Positions 1 through 10,871 of a stretch of 64,000 nt of DNA are shown here, piece after piece. The notes beneath the pieces were generated by a model. That model was not told where the DNA came from, did not search any database, and worked only from the letters and a program-made list of their open reading frames with translations. The position numbers were made by a program, and so were the translations under genes. Source of the DNA: an uncultured Candidatus Binatia bacterium (lineage in GTDB: Bacteria > Desulfobacterota > Binatia > UBA9968 > JAJDTQ01); contig OZ244070.1 in assembly GCA_965215605.1 (NCBI GenBank), forward strand, positions 3,488,001 through 3,552,000, in the 5' to 3' direction. Each line of letters starts with the position of its first letter. Within the stretch, counting starts at the first letter, position 1.

Positions 1-353
1 TTGCGTTTCATGGGATAGAGGATGCGCTCGGCGTCGTACACCTGGTTGATGGTGGCCGGCCCCTTGGCGCAGTTCCGCCCGCGGCTTCCCGGGTGCTCCG
101 GGTTGCCCTCGAACTTGCGTATCTTCCCAGTGTCCTTGTCCACGTAGGCCAAGAGGCCGCAGCCCGCCTCGCAGTTGAAGCAGATGGTGGGGATAAGGTC
201 GTAGTGCTTCTCCACGCGCTTGGGCCACGCGGCTGCGTCGTATTCGGTCCAGTCCGACCAGCGCTCCCGGGGCGGGAAGCTCCGGAGTCCGCCCTGCGGC
301 GGCTCGAGGTTGGCGGCGTCAGGGCTCAGCGGTTGCATGTCGTTCTTCGTCAC
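1..353 (-). CDS. Molybdopterin (bis-MGD/DMSO reductase family) oxidoreductase catalytic subunit, N-terminal part (runs off window)
   Basis: Not in ORF track; translated by hand from GTG at 353: ...IPTICFNCEAGCGLLAYVD...EGNPEHPGSRGRNCAKG...ERILYPMKR. This is the CxxCxxxC...C FS0 cluster motif; no twin-arginine signal. Confidence 0.88.
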   Translation of the reverse strand, partial: MTKNDMQPLSPDAANLEPPQGGLRSFPPRERWSDWTEYDAAAWPKRVEKHYDLIPTICFNCEAGCGLLAYVDKDTGKIRKFEGNPEHPGSRGRNCAKGPATINQVYDAERILYPMKR

Positions 354-366
354 GGTGATGTCCCTT

Positions 367-1902
367 TCAACTGAGGGGTACGGCTTGTCCGGCCTCGACC
401 CACAGGCGTTCGAATGCCCAGAGTCCGATGAGCGCCAGCACGGCGGACAGGGGATACAGCAACCAGGACGCCTGCTCCTGGGCGCCGGCCCACAACAGGA
501 ATATCACCGGCAGGAGGATGCCCACGGCCATGAACAGGCCCCAGAACTGCTCCCGCAACGCCCCGCAGGTCAGCAACTCGGTGGCGCGGCGCACGTCCTC
601 GCTGACCGGCGTCAGCGCCACCTCCACCAGCACCAGCGCCCCGGTGATGACCAGCGAGACCATGAGGAGGGTGGCCATGGTGGCCAGGGATTGGCCGCTC
701 AGGCCGGTCACCAGCCCGAACAGGATCAGGGTGGCGGCCCCGGCGGTCACCGCCTGCGCGATGAGATGCCAGAAGAAGAGCGGGCTCTGCCAAAGGTCGC
801 GCCCCTTGGCCTGGGCGAACAGAAATGCCGTGTACCCGGCGGCGCCGATGCCGAGGACGGCGCAGGCGGCCACGACCCATCCCGGCACGCTGCCCGTGCC
901 GGCGCCGTAGGCGAGCCAGAGGACGCTCACCAGGGAATAAGCCATCAGGATGTAGCCCCCGAGCACCAGCCACGAACGCAGGTTGGGTTTGGTGAGAAGG
1001 TAGTAGAAGCGGTCGGGCCGCTTGAGATCGAAGATCAGGAAGCCGGTGGTGAGCCCGGTAAAGATCAGCGCGAGGATGGGGCTCACGGTGTTCATGAGCA
1101 GTCCTGCCTCGCCACGGCCCAGCAGCATCAATAACGCCGCCACCATCAGCACTCCGGCGCCGATGGACTTGGTCCAGAGATAGGCGGCGATTTTCGGCCC
1201 CCAGGGCCGCGGGTGGGGCACGTCGTAGACTTCGCGCGCGCCGCCCGGCATCGGGGTGCCGTGCCTGGAAGCGGAGAGGGCGTACAGGTCCTCCCCGGGA
1301 AATTTGTCGGCCCAGAAGTGGGTATCGGAGGTTTCGGTCATGGTGGGCTGCAACGCATCTTCCTCCACGCCGACGTAAAAGAGCTTGGGGCGGGTGCCCT
1401 TGTGGGGCTTGCGCAGCGACACCTTGCGGGTGGCCACGGTGCGGGCGATGGGGCTTTCCGGATCGTCCAGGTCGCCGGACATGATGGCCTGGGTGGGGCA
1501 AACCACCTCGCAGGCGGGCTGCAATCCGAGTTCCACCCGGTGCGCGCAGAAGTTGCACTTGGCCGCGGTGTTGTGGTCCGGGTCGATGTACAGGGCGTCA
1601 TAGGGGCAGGCCTGCATGCACGACTTGCAGCCGATGCAGCGTTCGTTGTCGAAGTCAACGATGCCGTTGGGGCTTCGGTAGAGCGCCACCGTGGGACAGA
1701 TCTCGATGCATGGGGCGTCGTCGCAATGGTTGCAACGGAGCACCGCGAAGTGGCGGCTGGTGGCCGGGAACGCGCCCTTCTCGATGTACTTGACCCAGGT
1801 GCGGTTCACCCCCAGGGGCACCTCGTGCTCGTCCTTGCAGGCCACGGTGCAGGCGTGACAGCCGATGCAGCGGTTCTGGTCGATGACAAATCCGTAACGC
1901 AT
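367..1902 (-). CDS. 4Fe-4S dicluster protein fused to NrfD/PsrC-type membrane anchor
   Basis: CIGCHACTVAC, CNHCDDAPC, CIGCKSCMQACP, KCNFC motifs, then multiple TM helices with FDLKRPDRF (NrfD-like); GGAGG upstream of ATG 1902. Confidence 0.9.
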   Translation of the reverse strand: MRYGFVIDQNRCIGCHACTVACKDEHEVPLGVNRTWVKYIEKGAFPATSRHFAVLRCNHCDDAPCIEICPTVALYRSPNGIVDFDNERCIGCKSCMQACPYDALYIDPDHNTAAKCNFCAHRVELGLQPACEVVCPTQAIMSGDLDDPESPIARTVATRKVSLRKPHKGTRPKLFYVGVEEDALQPTMTETSDTHFWADKFPGEDLYALSASRHGTPMPGGAREVYDVPHPRPWGPKIAAYLWTKSIGAGVLMVAALLMLLGRGEAGLLMNTVSPILALIFTGLTTGFLIFDLKRPDRFYYLLTKPNLRSWLVLGGYILMAYSLVSVLWLAYGAGTGSVPGWVVAACAVLGIGAAGYTAFLFAQAKGRDLWQSPLFFWHLIAQAVTAGAATLILFGLVTGLSGQSLATMATLLMVSLVITGALVLVEVALTPVSEDVRRATELLTCGALREQFWGLFMAVGILLPVIFLLWAGAQEQASWLLYPLSAVLALIGLWAFERLWVEAGQAVPLS

Positions 1903-1919
1903 GAGTTCCTCCAAGCGGC

Positions 1920-1949
1920 TATATATCCGCCTGGACTTCAGGCAGTCAA
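1920..1949 (-). promoter_or_regulatory. Putative sigma70 promoter with an inverted repeat in the spacer
   Basis: TTGACT-N18-TATATA on - strand just upstream of the RBS; spacer contains GCCTG-N5-CAGGC (1929-1943). Confidence 0.4.
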
Positions 1950-2012
1950 ACCGCGGGTGAAGATCCGCACACCATCGTTCGCGCCATCCGCTCGGTCGTT
2001 CGCGTCCCCCCT

Positions 2013-2100
2013 GTCATTCCCGACCCAACCCCGCCCCCCTGGATTCCCGCTTTCGCGGGAATGACGGGACTGGGGGCGGGAATGACGAAGAGGGAATGAC
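2013..2100. repeat. REP-like palindromic element cluster (GTCATTCCCG / GGATTCCCGCTTTCGCGGGAATGAC)
   Basis: Full palindrome at 2039-2065 plus partial GTCATTCCCG/GGGAATGAC copies; related copies at 10748, 13758, 28288, 63121. Confidence 0.75.
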
Positions 2101-2164
2101 GTTTCGGCGCATGGCCTCGAAGGCAGCTTGCTTCACGGGGGCCAACCCGTTAGAACCTTCTGCC

Positions 2165-3076
2165 ATGCCGAAGCTCCGGAGCCTTCGAGACGCCATCGCG
2201 GAGGAAGTCGAGGACGGCATGTCCGTCTTCATGGGCGCCGCCCTCGAGTCGCTCATCCCTTTCGCCGCCGGCCACGAAATCATTCGTCAGCGAAAGCGCG
2301 GCCTCACGCTGATGACCACCATTTCGGACATGCAGTTCGACCAGTTCATCGGCGCGGGCTGCGCCAGCAGGGTGTGCGGCGCGTGGGTCGGCAACGTGGC
2401 GGCGGGCCTCGGCCACAACTTCCGGCGGGCGGTGGAGCGCCGCGAGCCGGGTCCGCTGGCGGTTGAGAACCATTCGAACTTCTCCATGGCCCTGGGACTC
2501 AAGGCCGGGGCCATGGGTGTGCCGTTCCTGCCCACGCGGACGCTCATGGGCAGCGACTTCCGGGAAGAGGAGTCGTTCGCCGGCGTTGTCTGTCCGTTCA
2601 CCGATGAGAATCTGCTGGCAGTGCGGGCCGTGAAGCCGGACGTTGCGATCCTGCACGTGCAGCGCGCCGACGCGGAGGGCAACGCCCACGTGTGGGGCAA
2701 TCTGGGGGTCACCCAGGACGCTGCCATGGCCGCGGGCAAGGTGGTGCTCACCTGCGAGGAGATCGTGCCGCACGGGGTGATCCTGAGCGACCCGAACCGG
2801 ACGCTGGTGCCCGGATTCCTGGTGGCGGCGGTGGCGTGCGTCCCGTCCGGCTCCCACCCGTCGCCGACTCAGGGCTACAGCCGCCGTGACGACCCCTTCT
2901 ACTTCGACTATCACGCGCAGTCCCGGGAGCGGGCCGGATTCGACGCTTGGCTCGAACGGTGGGTCCTGGGGGTGGCCGGTCACGACGGCTACCTGGAACG
3001 GCTCGGGAGCGGGCGGGTGGCGGACCTCAAGCCGGACGGCAACCACATGGCGGCGCCGGTGAGCTATGGCATGTGA
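2165..3076 (+). CDS. Family I CoA-transferase subunit A (glutaconate/3-oxoadipate CoA-transferase-like)
   Basis: LIPFAAGHEIIRQ, AGAMGVPFLP, PDVAILHVQRADAEGN, SHPS...GYSRRD motifs; subunit B follows. Confidence 0.88.
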   Translation: MPKLRSLRDAIAEEVEDGMSVFMGAALESLIPFAAGHEIIRQRKRGLTLMTTISDMQFDQFIGAGCASRVCGAWVGNVAAGLGHNFRRAVERREPGPLAVENHSNFSMALGLKAGAMGVPFLPTRTLMGSDFREEESFAGVVCPFTDENLLAVRAVKPDVAILHVQRADAEGNAHVWGNLGVTQDAAMAAGKVVLTCEEIVPHGVILSDPNRTLVPGFLVAAVACVPSGSHPSPTQGYSRRDDPFYFDYHAQSRERAGFDAWLERWVLGVAGHDGYLERLGSGRVADLKPDGNHMAAPVSYGM

Positions 3077-3206
3077 CCGCTCGACTGCTGCCGCCCTGCC
3101 GTCTTGCGCGGGCGGAGGGGAGGGCGCCCGTTGATTCATGGCGCCGGGAATGCTACCGGGAACGGAACGGCGGAGGCGGTGGAGGCATCGGGACCCTTCC
3201 GTGACC

Positions 3207-3253
3207 GCCCCGGATCAAGTCCCGGGTGACTGCCCTGGATCAGGTCCGGGGCA
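3207..3253. repeat. Tandem pair of short palindromes (CCCCGGATCAAGTCCCGGG / CCCTGGATCAGGTCCGGGG), second REP-like family
   Basis: Two near-identical imperfect hairpins seen directly in the gap between the CoA-transferase genes. Confidence 0.55.
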
Positions 3254-3262
3254 GCGGCTTCT

Positions 3263-4018
3263 ATGGACTACACACGGCGAGAGCTCATGGTGATTGCAGC
3301 GGCCCGCGAAATTCGCGACGGCGAGCGCGTCTTCGTGGGCATGCGGCTGCCGCTGCTGGGCTTCGCCGTGGCCAAGGAGTTGCATGCGCCCGATGCCATC
3401 GGCATCTTCGAGAGCGGCGTGGTGCGGGACTGGCCGGCGCTGGAGCCGATCTTTACCATGAGCGATCCGCCCAACGTCGCCGGCGCGCTCTTCTGCTGCG
3501 GCCTCATCGAGGTCATGAGCCTGCTCCAGAGCGGGCGGGTGGAGATGGGGTTCATCGGCGGCGCCGAGGTGGACCGTCATGGCAACCTGAACACCCATTG
3601 GGTCGGCGGCGACGGCCGGCGGCTGCGGCTTCCGGGCAGCGGCGGCGCCGCCGACATCGCCACCCTGGCGGGCCGGTGCGTCATCATCATGAATCACGAA
3701 CGGCGCCGTTTCGTGCCACGGGTGCAGTTCATCACGTCGCCCGGTTTCGGCGACGGCGCCGGCTGGCGCGAGCAGCGCGGCCTGTCGGTCGGCGGGCCGA
3801 GCCGGACCATCAGCAGCCTGGGTATCTTTGCCTTCGACCCCGCGACGCGGGAGATGCAGATCGAGTCGTATCATCCCGGAGTGACGGTGCGGGAGATCCG
3901 GGACGAGACAGACTGGCCGTTGAAGGTGGCCCCGGACGTCACCGAAACCCCGGCGCCGTCCCGGGACGAGCTCCTGGCCGTGCGAAAGTACGACCCGGAC
4001 GGGGTATGGACATCCTGA
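3263..4018 (+). CDS. Family I CoA-transferase subunit B
   Basis: IFESG (catalytic Glu), GFIGGAEVDRHGNLN, RLPGSGGAADI. Confidence 0.9.
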   Translation: MDYTRRELMVIAAAREIRDGERVFVGMRLPLLGFAVAKELHAPDAIGIFESGVVRDWPALEPIFTMSDPPNVAGALFCCGLIEVMSLLQSGRVEMGFIGGAEVDRHGNLNTHWVGGDGRRLRLPGSGGAADIATLAGRCVIIMNHERRRFVPRVQFITSPGFGDGAGWREQRGLSVGGPSRTISSLGIFAFDPATREMQIESYHPGVTVREIRDETDWPLKVAPDVTETPAPSRDELLAVRKYDPDGVWTS

Positions 4019-4049
4019 TGCATCCCGGAAAACCCCTGGATCGACCTCG

Positions 4050-6344
4050 ATGATTGTCGCTGTCCTCTCCGGTTTCGTTCTGGCCCTGCTGGCGCCGTCG
4101 CTGTACCGGCTGAGCCCAAGGTGGGCCGGCTGCTTGTTCTCGCTGTTTCCGGCGGTGTTGGCGCTCTATTTCCTGGGCCACATGGAAGGCGTGGTGGCCG
4201 GTGACGCGGTGCGGGTCGCCTATCCCTGGGTTCCGGCCATGGGGCTCGAACTCTCCTTCAACCTGGACGGCTTGGGATTGCTGTTCGCCCTCGCCATCAC
4301 GGTGGTGGGGACCCTGATCGTCACTTACGCCGGCAGCTACCTCCACGGGCATCCGTCGCTGCCGCGTTTCTATCTCTTCATCCTGATGTTCATGGCGTCC
4401 ATGCTGGGCGTGGTCCTGTCCGACAACCTCATCGCGCTGTTCATCTTCTGGGAGTTGACCAGCATTACCTCCTACTTCCTCATCGGCTTCGAGCATGACA
4501 AGGACACGGCCCGGGCCGCGGCGCTGCAGGCCCTGCTGGTGACGGGCAGCGGCGGGCTGGCGCTCATGGCGGGCGTGCTGCTCATGGGCCAGATCGGCGG
4601 CAGCTTCGAGATATCGGCCCTGGCCTCGGACAACGCCGCGCTCCACGGCCACCATCTCTATCCCTTGGTGCTGGCGCTGGTGTTCGCCGGCGCGTTCACG
4701 AAGTCGGCCCAGGTGCCGTTCCATTTCTGGCTGCCGGCGGCCATGGAGGCGCCCACGCCGGTGAGCGCCTACCTTCACTCCGCCACCATGGTCAAGGCCG
4801 GCGTGTACCTGCTGGCGCGGTTCAGCCCGGTGCTGGGCGGCAGCGACATCTGGCTCTACGTCGTCACCGGCTTCGGCGCCGCCACCATGCTGGCGAGCGC
4901 CTACCAGGCTCTCTACCAGACCGATCTCAAGAAGATCCTGGCCTACTCCACGGTGAGCGTGCTCGGCACCCTCACCATGCTCATCGGCCTCGGCAACAAG
5001 CTGGCCATCCAGGCGGCCATGGTCTTTCTCATGGCCCATGTCCTCTACAAGGCGGCGCTCTTCCTGGTGGCCGGGTCCATCGACCACGAGACCGGCACCC
5101 GCGACGTCCGGCAGCTCGGCGGGCTGCGCAAGACCATGCCCATCATCTGTGCCGGCGCCGCCATCGGAGCCCTGTCCATGGCCGGGCTGCCGCCGTTCTT
5201 CGGTTTCGTGGGCAAGGAGGCGCTGTACGAGGCGTTGACCCACGACAACATGCTGGTGACGGTGGTGGGCGTCCTCACCAGCATGCTGTTGTTCGCGGTG
5301 GCTTGGCTGGCGGGCATCCGGCCGTTCTCCGGCGAAGAGACCCACACGCCGAAGCACCCCCATGACCCGCCCTGGACCATGTGGCTGGGTCCGGTGTTCC
5401 TGGGGTGCCTGAGCGTGTTGTTCGGGCTGATGCCGGCCCTGCCCGAGAAGCTCCTGTCGGCCGCCGCCGGGTCCGTGCTGGGCAAGGAAGCGCCCATGCA
5501 CCTGGCGCTGTGGCACGGGTTCAATCCGCTGCTGGCGCTGAGCCTGGCGACCTTCGCCTTGGGCGTGCTGGTCTATCTCAACCGCGCCACGTTGCTGAGG
5601 GTCACCGAATTCGCCCTGCCCGTGGTCAGCCGCGGCCCGTCCTGCTGGTACGCGTCGTGGCTCCGCTTTCTCAACTGGTCGGCGGCGGGGCAGACCCGGA
5701 TGATTCAGAACGGCTACCTGCGCCTCTATCTCGCCACCATCATGACGGTGACCGCGGTGCTCGCATGGTACACCGTGCTGGCGCAGGCGGACATTGGCGT
5801 CATCGAGTTCAAGTGGGGTGAGATCCGCATCCATGAGTGGGTGTTGGGGATCGTGACGCTGGTGGCTTCCATCGCCACGGTCCGGGCGCAGACATTCCTG
5901 CGCGCGGTCATGGCTCTCGGGGTGGTGGGCTACAGCGTGGCGCTGTTCTTCGTCCTTTACGGCGCTCCCGACCTGGCCATGACGCAGTTCCTCATCGAGA
6001 CCCTGTCGCTCATCCTGTTCGTGTTCGTGTTCTACTACATGCCCCCGTTCAAGCGGTTCTCTACCCGCGGCGTGATCATGCGCCACGTGGCCATCGGCAC
6101 GGCGGTGGGGGCGCTGTTCACGCTGCTGGTGCTGGTGGCGACGTCGGTGCAGTGGCATCCCACCATTTCCACCTACTTCTCCCAGAACTCGTACCTGATG
6201 GGACAGGGACGGAACATCGTGAACGTGATCCTGGTGGACTTCAGGGGCTTCGACACGCTGGGCGAAATCACGGTGCTGGCGGTGGCCGGCATCGGCGTCT
6301 ACTCGCTGATCCGGCTGAGGCTCGGGAAGGGAGGGGACTCGTGA
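4050..6344 (+). CDS. mrpA: Na+/H+ antiporter subunit A
   Basis: [52 protein letters not shown]-terminal [18 protein letters not shown]. Confidence 0.95.
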   Translation: MIVAVLSGFVLALLAPSLYRLSPRWAGCLFSLFPAVLALYFLGHMEGVVAGDAVRVAYPWVPAMGLELSFNLDGLGLLFALAITVVGTLIVTYAGSYLHGHPSLPRFYLFILMFMASMLGVVLSDNLIALFIFWELTSITSYFLIGFEHDKDTARAAALQALLVTGSGGLALMAGVLLMGQIGGSFEISALASDNAALHGHHLYPLVLALVFAGAFTKSAQVPFHFWLPAAMEAPTPVSAYLHSATMVKAGVYLLARFSPVLGGSDIWLYVVTGFGAATMLASAYQALYQTDLKKILAYSTVSVLGTLTMLIGLGNKLAIQAAMVFLMAHVLYKAALFLVAGSIDHETGTRDVRQLGGLRKTMPIICAGAAIGALSMAGLPPFFGFVGKEALYEALTHDNMLVTVVGVLTSMLLFAVAWLAGIRPFSGEETHTPKHPHDPPWTMWLGPVFLGCLSVLFGLMPALPEKLLSAAAGSVLGKEAPMHLALWHGFNPLLALSLATFALGVLVYLNRATLLRVTEFALPVVSRGPSCWYASWLRFLNWSAAGQTRMIQNGYLRLYLATIMTVTAVLAWYTVLAQADIGVIEFKWGEIRIHEWVLGIVTLVASIATVRAQTFLRAVMALGVVGYSVALFFVLYGAPDLAMTQFLIETLSLILFVFVFYYMPPFKRFSTRGVIMRHVAIGTAVGALFTLLVLVATSVQWHPTISTYFSQNSYLMGQGRNIVNVILVDFRGFDTLGEITVLAVAGIGVYSLIRLRLGKGGDS

Positions 6345-6766
6345 ACTCGCTGATTCTCAGGACGGCCAGCCGGTTCCTGCTGATCCTGCTGTTCCAGTTC
6401 TCCATCTTCCTGCTGCTCCGGGGGCACAACGACCCCGGCGGCGGTTTCGTCGGCGGGCTGGTGCTGGCGGCGGCGCTGACCCTCTACGCCATCGCCTACG
6501 ACGTGCGCTCCATGCGCCGTTTCCTGCCCTGCCGGGCACAGACCATCATCGCCTGGGGCCTCCTGGCCGCGGCCCTGAGCGGGGTCTGGTCCTTGTTCAA
6601 GGGGCAACCGTTCATGACCGGCCAGTGGGCGCATGTCTACATCCTGGGCCTCGATCTTCACCTGGGCACGCCGCTGATCTTCGACATCGGCGTCTACCTG
6701 ACGGTGGTGGGGGTCGTGCTCATCGTCATCATGAGCCTGGCGGAGGAAGTGGAGGACGACGACTAA
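6341..6766 (+). CDS. mrpB: Na+/H+ antiporter subunit B
   Basis: GTG overlaps mrpA stop; [22 protein letters not shown]. Confidence 0.93.
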   Translation: MNSLILRTASRFLLILLFQFSIFLLLRGHNDPGGGFVGGLVLAAALTLYAIAYDVRSMRRFLPCRAQTIIAWGLLAAALSGVWSLFKGQPFMTGQWAHVYILGLDLHLGTPLIFDIGVYLTVVGVVLIVIMSLAEEVEDDD

Positions 6767-7113
6767 TGGAAGCGTTGCTCGCCATCGTCATCGGCGTACT
6801 CTATGCCTCCGGCGTCTACATGCTCATGCGCCGGAGCATCGTCAAGCTCATCATCGGGCTGGCGCTGCTGGCCCACGGCGCGAGCTTGCTGGTGTTCACC
6901 GCCGCGGGCCTGACCCGGGCGGTGCCTCCGGTGATCCCCTTCGGAGAAAAGGCCATAACCGGAACGGTGGCGGATCCGTTACCCCAGGCCTTGATCCTGA
7001 CGGCCATCGTCATCAGCTTCGGCGTGCAGGCCTTCGCCATGGTGCTGGCGTACCGCGCGTATCAGACCGTGGGCACCGACGACCTCGACGACATGAAGGC
7101 AACGGACACGTGA
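6766..7113 (+). CDS. mrpC: Na+/H+ antiporter subunit C
   Basis: [18 protein letters not shown] motif; TAATG coupling. Confidence 0.93.
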   Translation: MEALLAIVIGVLYASGVYMLMRRSIVKLIIGLALLAHGASLLVFTAAGLTRAVPPVIPFGEKAITGTVADPLPQALILTAIVISFGVQAFAMVLAYRAYQTVGTDDLDDMKATDT

Positions 7114-8612
7114 ACTCGCTTATCGTCTTGCCCATCCTGCTTCCGCTGCTGGTGGGGGCGAGTTGCGTGGTGGTGTGGCGCTACGTGGCCGCGCAGCGGA
7201 TCCTCACTCTGGCCGGCAGCATCGTCTACCTCGCGGTCGCGGTCGTGCTGCTGGAGCGGGTCGCCTCGGAGGGGGTCCAGGCGGTGCAGAAGGGCGCCTG
7301 GATCGCCCCCTTCGGCATCACGCTGGTGGCCGACATGTTCAGCGCCATCATGGTGGCCGCCACCGGGGTCGTGACGCTGGTGATCGTCGTCTATTCGCTC
7401 GGCACCATGGACCGCGCCCGGGAAGCCTGGGGCTACTATCCGCTGTTCAACATCCTCATCATGGGCGTGTCCGGCGCCTTCCTGACCGGCGATATCTTCA
7501 ACCTGTTCGTGTGGTTCGAGGTGCTGCTGATCTCGTCCTTCGTGCTGCTGGCGCTGGGAGGAGAGCGGGCGCAGCTCGAGGGCGCCATCAAGTACGTCAC
7601 CCTCAATCTGGTGGCGTCGGCGTTCTTTCTGGCCGCCGTGGGCATCCTCTACGCCATGGCCGGCTCCCTCAACATGGCCGACCTGTCGCAACGCCTCGGA
7701 GACGTGGCCCAACCGGGCCTGGTCACCACCCTCGCCATCCTGTTCCTGGTGGCTTTCGGCATCAAGGGGGCGATTTTTCCGTTGTTCTTCTGGTTGCCGG
7801 CCTCCTACCACACGCCGCCGGTGGCGGTCTCGGCCATCTTCGGCGGGCTGCTGACCAAGGTGGGCGTGTACGCCCTGATCCGCGTCTTCACGCTGCTGTT
7901 CCTCAACAACGTCGACTACACCCACACCATCATCCTTTGGGCCGGCGGCATCACCATGGTGACCGGCGTGCTGGGCGCCGTGGCCCAGTACGAGTTTCGC
8001 CGGCTGCTGTCCTTCCACATCGTGAGCCAGATCGGCTACATGGTCATGGGCCTCGGTTTCTTCACCCCCCTGGCCATGGCCGGCACGGTGTTCTTCATCG
8101 TCCACAACATCTTCGTCAAGACCAACCTGTTCCTGGTGAGCGGGGTCTCGCATCGCCTGCACGGCACCTACGACCTCAAGAAGCTGGGCGGGCTCTACCG
8201 CGCCCATCCGTGGATCGGGATGCTGTTCCTGCTGTCGGCGTTGTCGCTGGCCGGGGTGCCGCCCCTTTCCGGCTTTTTCGGCAAGCTGGTGCTGATCAAG
8301 GCCGGGCTCGACATCGGGCAGTTCGCGCTGGTGGCGGCGGCGCTGGGGGTGAGCCTGCTGACGCTCTTCTCCATGACCAAGATCTGGGCGGAGGCATTCT
8401 GGAAACCGCTGCCGGACGGCGCCGCGGTGAACGCGCCGGACGGCGGCATGGCGCTCATGCTGGGTCCCATCGTGACCCTCGCCATTCTGGCCGTGGTCAT
8501 GGGCGCCGCCGCGGCGCCGCTCTTCGAGCTGGCGCAACAGGCGGGCGAACAGTTGATGAACCCGGAGTCCTACATCCGGGCCGTGCTTGGAGCGAGGGGG
8601 GAGGGGGCATGA
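7110..8612 (+). CDS. mrpD: Na+/H+ antiporter subunit D
   Basis: [41 protein letters not shown]. Confidence 0.95.
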   Translation: MNSLIVLPILLPLLVGASCVVVWRYVAAQRILTLAGSIVYLAVAVVLLERVASEGVQAVQKGAWIAPFGITLVADMFSAIMVAATGVVTLVIVVYSLGTMDRAREAWGYYPLFNILIMGVSGAFLTGDIFNLFVWFEVLLISSFVLLALGGERAQLEGAIKYVTLNLVASAFFLAAVGILYAMAGSLNMADLSQRLGDVAQPGLVTTLAILFLVAFGIKGAIFPLFFWLPASYHTPPVAVSAIFGGLLTKVGVYALIRVFTLLFLNNVDYTHTIILWAGGITMVTGVLGAVAQYEFRRLLSFHIVSQIGYMVMGLGFFTPLAMAGTVFFIVHNIFVKTNLFLVSGVSHRLHGTYDLKKLGGLYRAHPWIGMLFLLSALSLAGVPPLSGFFGKLVLIKAGLDIGQFALVAAALGVSLLTLFSMTKIWAEAFWKPLPDGAAVNAPDGGMALMLGPIVTLAILAVVMGAAAAPLFELAQQAGEQLMNPESYIRAVLGARGEGA

Positions 8613-9082
8613 CCGTTCTCCTGTGGAACATCATGCTGGCGGTGAGCTGGGCCGCGTTGACCGGGGAGGTGACGGCCTTGAACCTCGCCGTCGGTTTCGT
8701 CTTCGGTTTTCTGATCCTGTACTCGGTGCGGCGGCTGCTGCGCCCCTCCCGGTATTTCGAGAAGCTGTGGCAGAGCGTCAGCCTGGCCGCCTTGTTCGCG
8801 TGGGAGCTCCTGCTGGCGAACCTGCGCATCGCCTACGAGGTGGTGACCCCGTCGCACAACATGAAGCCCGGCGTGGTGGCGATCCCCCTGGATGCGGAGA
8901 CGGACGCCGAGATCACGCTGCTGGCGAACCTCATTACCCTGACGCCCGGCACCCTGAGCCTGGACGTGTCGGACGACCGGCGGGTGCTCTACATACACGC
9001 CATGTACGTGGACGACGCCGAGGAGTTGCGCCGGTCCATCAAGGACGGTTTCGAGAAGAGCGTCCTGGAGTTGCTGCGATGA
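8609..9082 (+). CDS. mrpE: Na+/H+ antiporter subunit E
   Basis: [16 protein letters not shown] motif; ATGA overlap. Confidence 0.93.
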   Translation: MTVLLWNIMLAVSWAALTGEVTALNLAVGFVFGFLILYSVRRLLRPSRYFEKLWQSVSLAALFAWELLLANLRIAYEVVTPSHNMKPGVVAIPLDAETDAEITLLANLITLTPGTLSLDVSDDRRVLYIHAMYVDDAEELRRSIKDGFEKSVLELLR

Positions 9083-9348
9083 CGAGTCTGGCTTTCATTC
9101 TGCTCGCGGTCCTGAGCATCGGCATCGTGCTGGCGTTCATCCGCCTGCTGCGCGGCCCCAACATCCCGGACCGGCTGGTGGCGCTGGACCTGCTGACCAC
9201 CGTGGGCGTCGGCATCGCGGCGCTCTACTCCATTGCCTACGACGAGCCGGTCTATCTGGATGTCGCCATCGTCCTGGCGTTGGTCGCTTTCCTGGGAACG
9301 GTCACGTTCTCACGTTACATCGAGAAATGGGCACACCATGGTGACTGA
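9079..9348 (+). CDS. mrpF: Na+/H+ antiporter subunit F
   Basis: RLLRGPNIPDRLVALD; 3 TM helices; operon position. Confidence 0.92.
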   Translation: MTSLAFILLAVLSIGIVLAFIRLLRGPNIPDRLVALDLLTTVGVGIAALYSIAYDEPVYLDVAIVLALVAFLGTVTFSRYIEKWAHHGD

Positions 9349-9685
9349 AATCATCTGCGGCGCGTTCATGATCATCGGCACCGCCTTCATGTTCCTGGGG
9401 TGCCTGGGCATCCTGCGCATGCCGGATCTGCTCACCCGGATGCAGACCGCCACCAAGCCGCCGACCCTGGGGGTGTTCTTCCTGATGCTCTCGGTGGCGT
9501 TGTACTTCCCGGACATCGGCGTCACCGTGAGGGTCCTCGCGATCACGGTCTTCGTCTTCCTCACGGCGCCCGTGTCGGCGCACATGATCGGCCGCGCCGG
9601 CTATCAGGTGGGCGTCAAGTTCTGGAAGGGCACGGTCATGGACGAGCTCAAGGACAAGTACCGCGGCACGTCCATCGACTCGTGA
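9338..9685 (+). CDS. mrpG: Na+/H+ antiporter subunit G
   Basis: GILRMPDLLTRMQTATK, TAPVSAHMIGRA. Confidence 0.93.
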   Translation: MVTEIICGAFMIIGTAFMFLGCLGILRMPDLLTRMQTATKPPTLGVFFLMLSVALYFPDIGVTVRVLAITVFVFLTAPVSAHMIGRAGYQVGVKFWKGTVMDELKDKYRGTSIDS

Positions 9686-9704
9686 AGAGCCGGGGCGCGC
9701 GCGA

Positions 9705-10646
9705 TCACACGCCGGCAAGGGGCCCGTATTCCAGGACGATATAGAGGGTATAGACGCCGAGGCAGAGAGCGCCCGTCCAACGTCCGAGCCGCCCGCGAAA
9801 CGCCAGCCAGGAGACCAGCAGGATCGTGGCTCCCATCATCGTCCATACGGCGAGATGGAGCAGATGTGGTGGAATGTCCAGCGGATGGACCGCCGCCACG
9901 AGGCCGCCGATGGCCAGGAGGTTGAAGATGTTGGCGCCGAGCACATTGCCCACCGCCACCTCCGAATGGCCGCGGTAGGCGGAGACCACGGCGGTGGCAA
10001 GCTCCGGCAACGAGGTGCCGACGGCAACGACCGTCACGCCGATGACCGCCTCGGACACGCCCAGAAGGCGCGCCAGCCCGATGGCGCCTTCGACCAGCAG
10101 GTGCGATCCCAGGACCACCAGGGCGAGGCCGATGGCGAGAGTGCCGACGGTCATCCACATCGAGTGGTCCGTCGCATCGTCCCCGGTCTCCGCGTCCGGA
10201 GGGTTGCGCCGCGCCCGCCGGATGGAGATTGCCGTGAAAGCGGCCAGGCAGGCCAGCAGCAGCGCCCCGTCGAAACGGCTCAGACTGCCGATCATCCCGA
10301 GGGTGATGAACAGCGCGGCCACGCCGGCGGCGGCGGCTCCCTCAAAGCGCACCTCGCGCGGATTCACGACCATCGGACTGACGCAGGCCGCCGCGCCGAG
10401 GATCAGGAGCAGATTGCAGATGTTGCTGCCGACGATGTTGCCGATGGAGATGCCGGGCGCGCCGCGAACGGCCGCTTCCAGGCTCACCAGCAACTCCGGC
10501 ATGGTGGTGCAATAGGCCACCACGGTGAGCCCGATGATCAGCGGCGAGACGCCGAGGCGCCGCGCAAGCTGCACCGCGCCCCGCAATACGGACTCTGCTC
10601 CGCCCAGGAGCAGGACGAAGCCACCTGCCAATTCGAGATAAATCAT
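9705..10646 (-). CDS. Calcium/sodium antiporter (CaCA, YrbG-like)
   Basis: Two alpha repeats: TTMPE...GNIVGSNICN and GTSLPE...GNVLGANIFN. The N-terminal half of the 607-aa ORF is antisense to the LLM gene and was discarded. Confidence 0.9.
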   Translation of the reverse strand: MIYLELAGGFVLLLGGAESVLRGAVQLARRLGVSPLIIGLTVVAYCTTMPELLVSLEAAVRGAPGISIGNIVGSNICNLLLILGAAACVSPMVVNPREVRFEGAAAAGVAALFITLGMIGSLSRFDGALLLACLAAFTAISIRRARRNPPDAETGDDATDHSMWMTVGTLAIGLALVVLGSHLLVEGAIGLARLLGVSEAVIGVTVVAVGTSLPELATAVVSAYRGHSEVAVGNVLGANIFNLLAIGGLVAAVHPLDIPPHLLHLAVWTMMGATILLVSWLAFRGRLGRWTGALCLGVYTLYIVLEYGPLAGV

Positions 10647-10697
10647 GTGGATCTTCAGGTATGGTTCGTGGGACCGGGACCGCCCGGAGGTCCATTC

Positions 10698-10726
10698 TGA
10701 ATAGTCGGAACCCCGGCGCGAGTCAA
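10698..10726 (-). promoter_or_regulatory. Putative sigma70 promoter of Ca/Na antiporter
   Basis: TTGACT-N17-TATTCA on - strand, about 50 nt upstream of ATG 10646. Confidence 0.5.
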
Positions 10727-10747
10727 ACCGGCGGGTGCCTTTCCTCT

Positions 10748-10768
10748 TCATTTCCGCGAAAGCGGGAA
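10748..10768. repeat. REP-like palindrome copy
   Basis: TCATTTCCGCGAAAGCGGGAA, variant of the 2039-2065 element. Confidence 0.6.
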
Positions 10769-10871
10769 CAGGGGCTTCCGATGAGGCATGACGTGTCCAG
10801 GGCGCGCTGGAAGAGACAGCGTCCGATCTGATAGTGTGGGCAGGGCTCGACCGACAAGGAGACAACGCAAC

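Noticed and set aside
2013-2100. CRISPR array from repeated GGGAATGAC
   Set aside because: Repeats are short, irregularly spaced and in both orientations, with no cas genes; this fits a REP-like element.
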